IMG/VR virus record: IMGVR_UViG_3300023174_000040
Span: 62,001 to 126,000 of that record
DNA: 64,000 nt
Reading direction: 5' to 3' (one strand)
Every line of letters begins with the position of its first letter. The first letter of the stretch is position 1. The translations under genes were made by a program, and so were the position numbers. Shown in pieces: positions 63,201 to 64,000 of this stretch. The notes beneath the pieces are model-generated. The model was not told the DNA's origin. It saw only the letters and a program-made list of their open reading frames with translations, and did no database searches.

Positions 63201-64000
63201 ATGATGAATAAGCGTGGAACCACCCTTGTTGAACTGCTGGTTAGCGTAACCATCATTGCAGTTTTATCTGGGCTGGTTCTCAGTGCTGTTCAAGCAACAA
63301 GAAAGTCTGCTGGTTACGTTGTTCATCTAAATTGGCTTAGACAGCGTAAATTAGATAATGCTCCCTATAGCAAGACATTAAAAATAGTCTTTATCGGTAA
63401 TAGCCATACATATTTCTCTGATATTCCAGGGGTTATTGTTGAGTTCGCAAAAACAGTAGGAGTGGAAATAAAGACTAAGGTAGTTGTTGTTGGGGGTCAA
63501 TCTTTAGAGGGTCATTGGAGTGGCCCTGATGCTCAAAACGCAATAACAAGTGAATTGAGTAATTTTGTTGTATTGCAAGATATTAGTCAGCGACCATATA
63601 CAGACCCGGATTTATATCAAGAATATGTAAAGAAATTCTGTGATCTGATCGACAATAAATCTGTTCCGATATTATACTTAGTTTGGGCACATAAAACTAA
63701 TTTATGGGTTCAAGGAAGTTTAACTGCTCAAGCTGTTCAAGCTATGAAAGACAATACCTATAGCGAAGTTTGTTTTGTTGGCGAAGCATGGAAAATAGTT
63801 CGTAATGAAAAACCAGATCTTGAATTATTTCTTGATGAAGTTCATGAAAATCCTACCGGGGCTTATTTGACAGCATGTGTTTTTCACAGTATAATTCATA
63901 GATTAGATCCAAGGGGATTGCCTTGCGAAGTTACTACTGAATCGGGGTCTACGGTTAGCGTTAGTCCTGAACTTGCAAATTATTTTCAAACAGTTGCTTG
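63201..64000 (+). CDS. prepilin-type N-terminal methylation motif fused to an SGNH/GDSL hydrolase; 3'-truncated
   Basis: Translated by hand (absent from the ORF track): RGTTLVELLVSVTIIAVL...AVQATR, FIGNSHT, VVLQD, DEVH; open to the window end. Confidence 0.85.
   Translation, partial: MMNKRGTTLVELLVSVTIIAVLSGLVLSAVQATRKSAGYVVHLNWLRQRKLDNAPYSKTLKIVFIGNSHTYFSDIPGVIVEFAKTVGVEIKTKVVVVGGQSLEGHWSGPDAQNAITSELSNFVVLQDISQRPYTDPDLYQEYVKKFCDLIDNKSVPILYLVWAHKTNLWVQGSLTAQAVQAMKDNTYSEVCFVGEAWKIVRNEKPDLELFLDEVHENPTGAYLTACVFHSIIHRLDPRGLPCEVTTESGSTVSVSPELANYFQTVA

Noticed and set aside
1-64000. Stop-codon reassignment (alternative genetic code)
   Set aside because: Recognisable genes are full-length under code 11, coding density is high, and no suppressor tRNA was seen.

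Overview
This window looks like an AT-rich, densely coding segment of a large dsDNA bacteriophage genome. It has rIIA/rIIB-like genes, GroES, two ligase-family genes, NAMPT and PRS-like genes, tRNAs, a tmRNA and many short co-oriented hypothetical ORFs. The host is probably a planctomycete; this is an inference from a DUF1559-style prepilin N-terminus and planctomycete-type FGE/SUMF1 domains. The main result is an RNA-guided TIGR-Tas-like system. It consists of a nuclease-less Nop/IS110-related protein (46402-47328, TasA-like), an 18-unit dual-repeat array with a 36-nt period and two ~9-nt spacers per unit (50212-50840), and a 2-unit satellite array inside a CDS (47756-47829). Five of the six tRNA or tRNA-like genes are interrupted. 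Two carry group I introns, one has a tRNA-shaped 67-nt insert, one has a replaced anticodon arm and one has an expanded D-loop. Other highlights are a tilS gene directly upstream of a tRNA(CAU), a NARP1-like NAD+ reconstitution pair, and about 15 copies of a 19-nt candidate phage promoter. There are also several unannotated structured-RNA candidates, a circularly permuted FGE domain, a split HldE heptose module and a TnpB-only IS200/IS605-type element. All calls come from reading motifs by eye. No database search or folding program was run.
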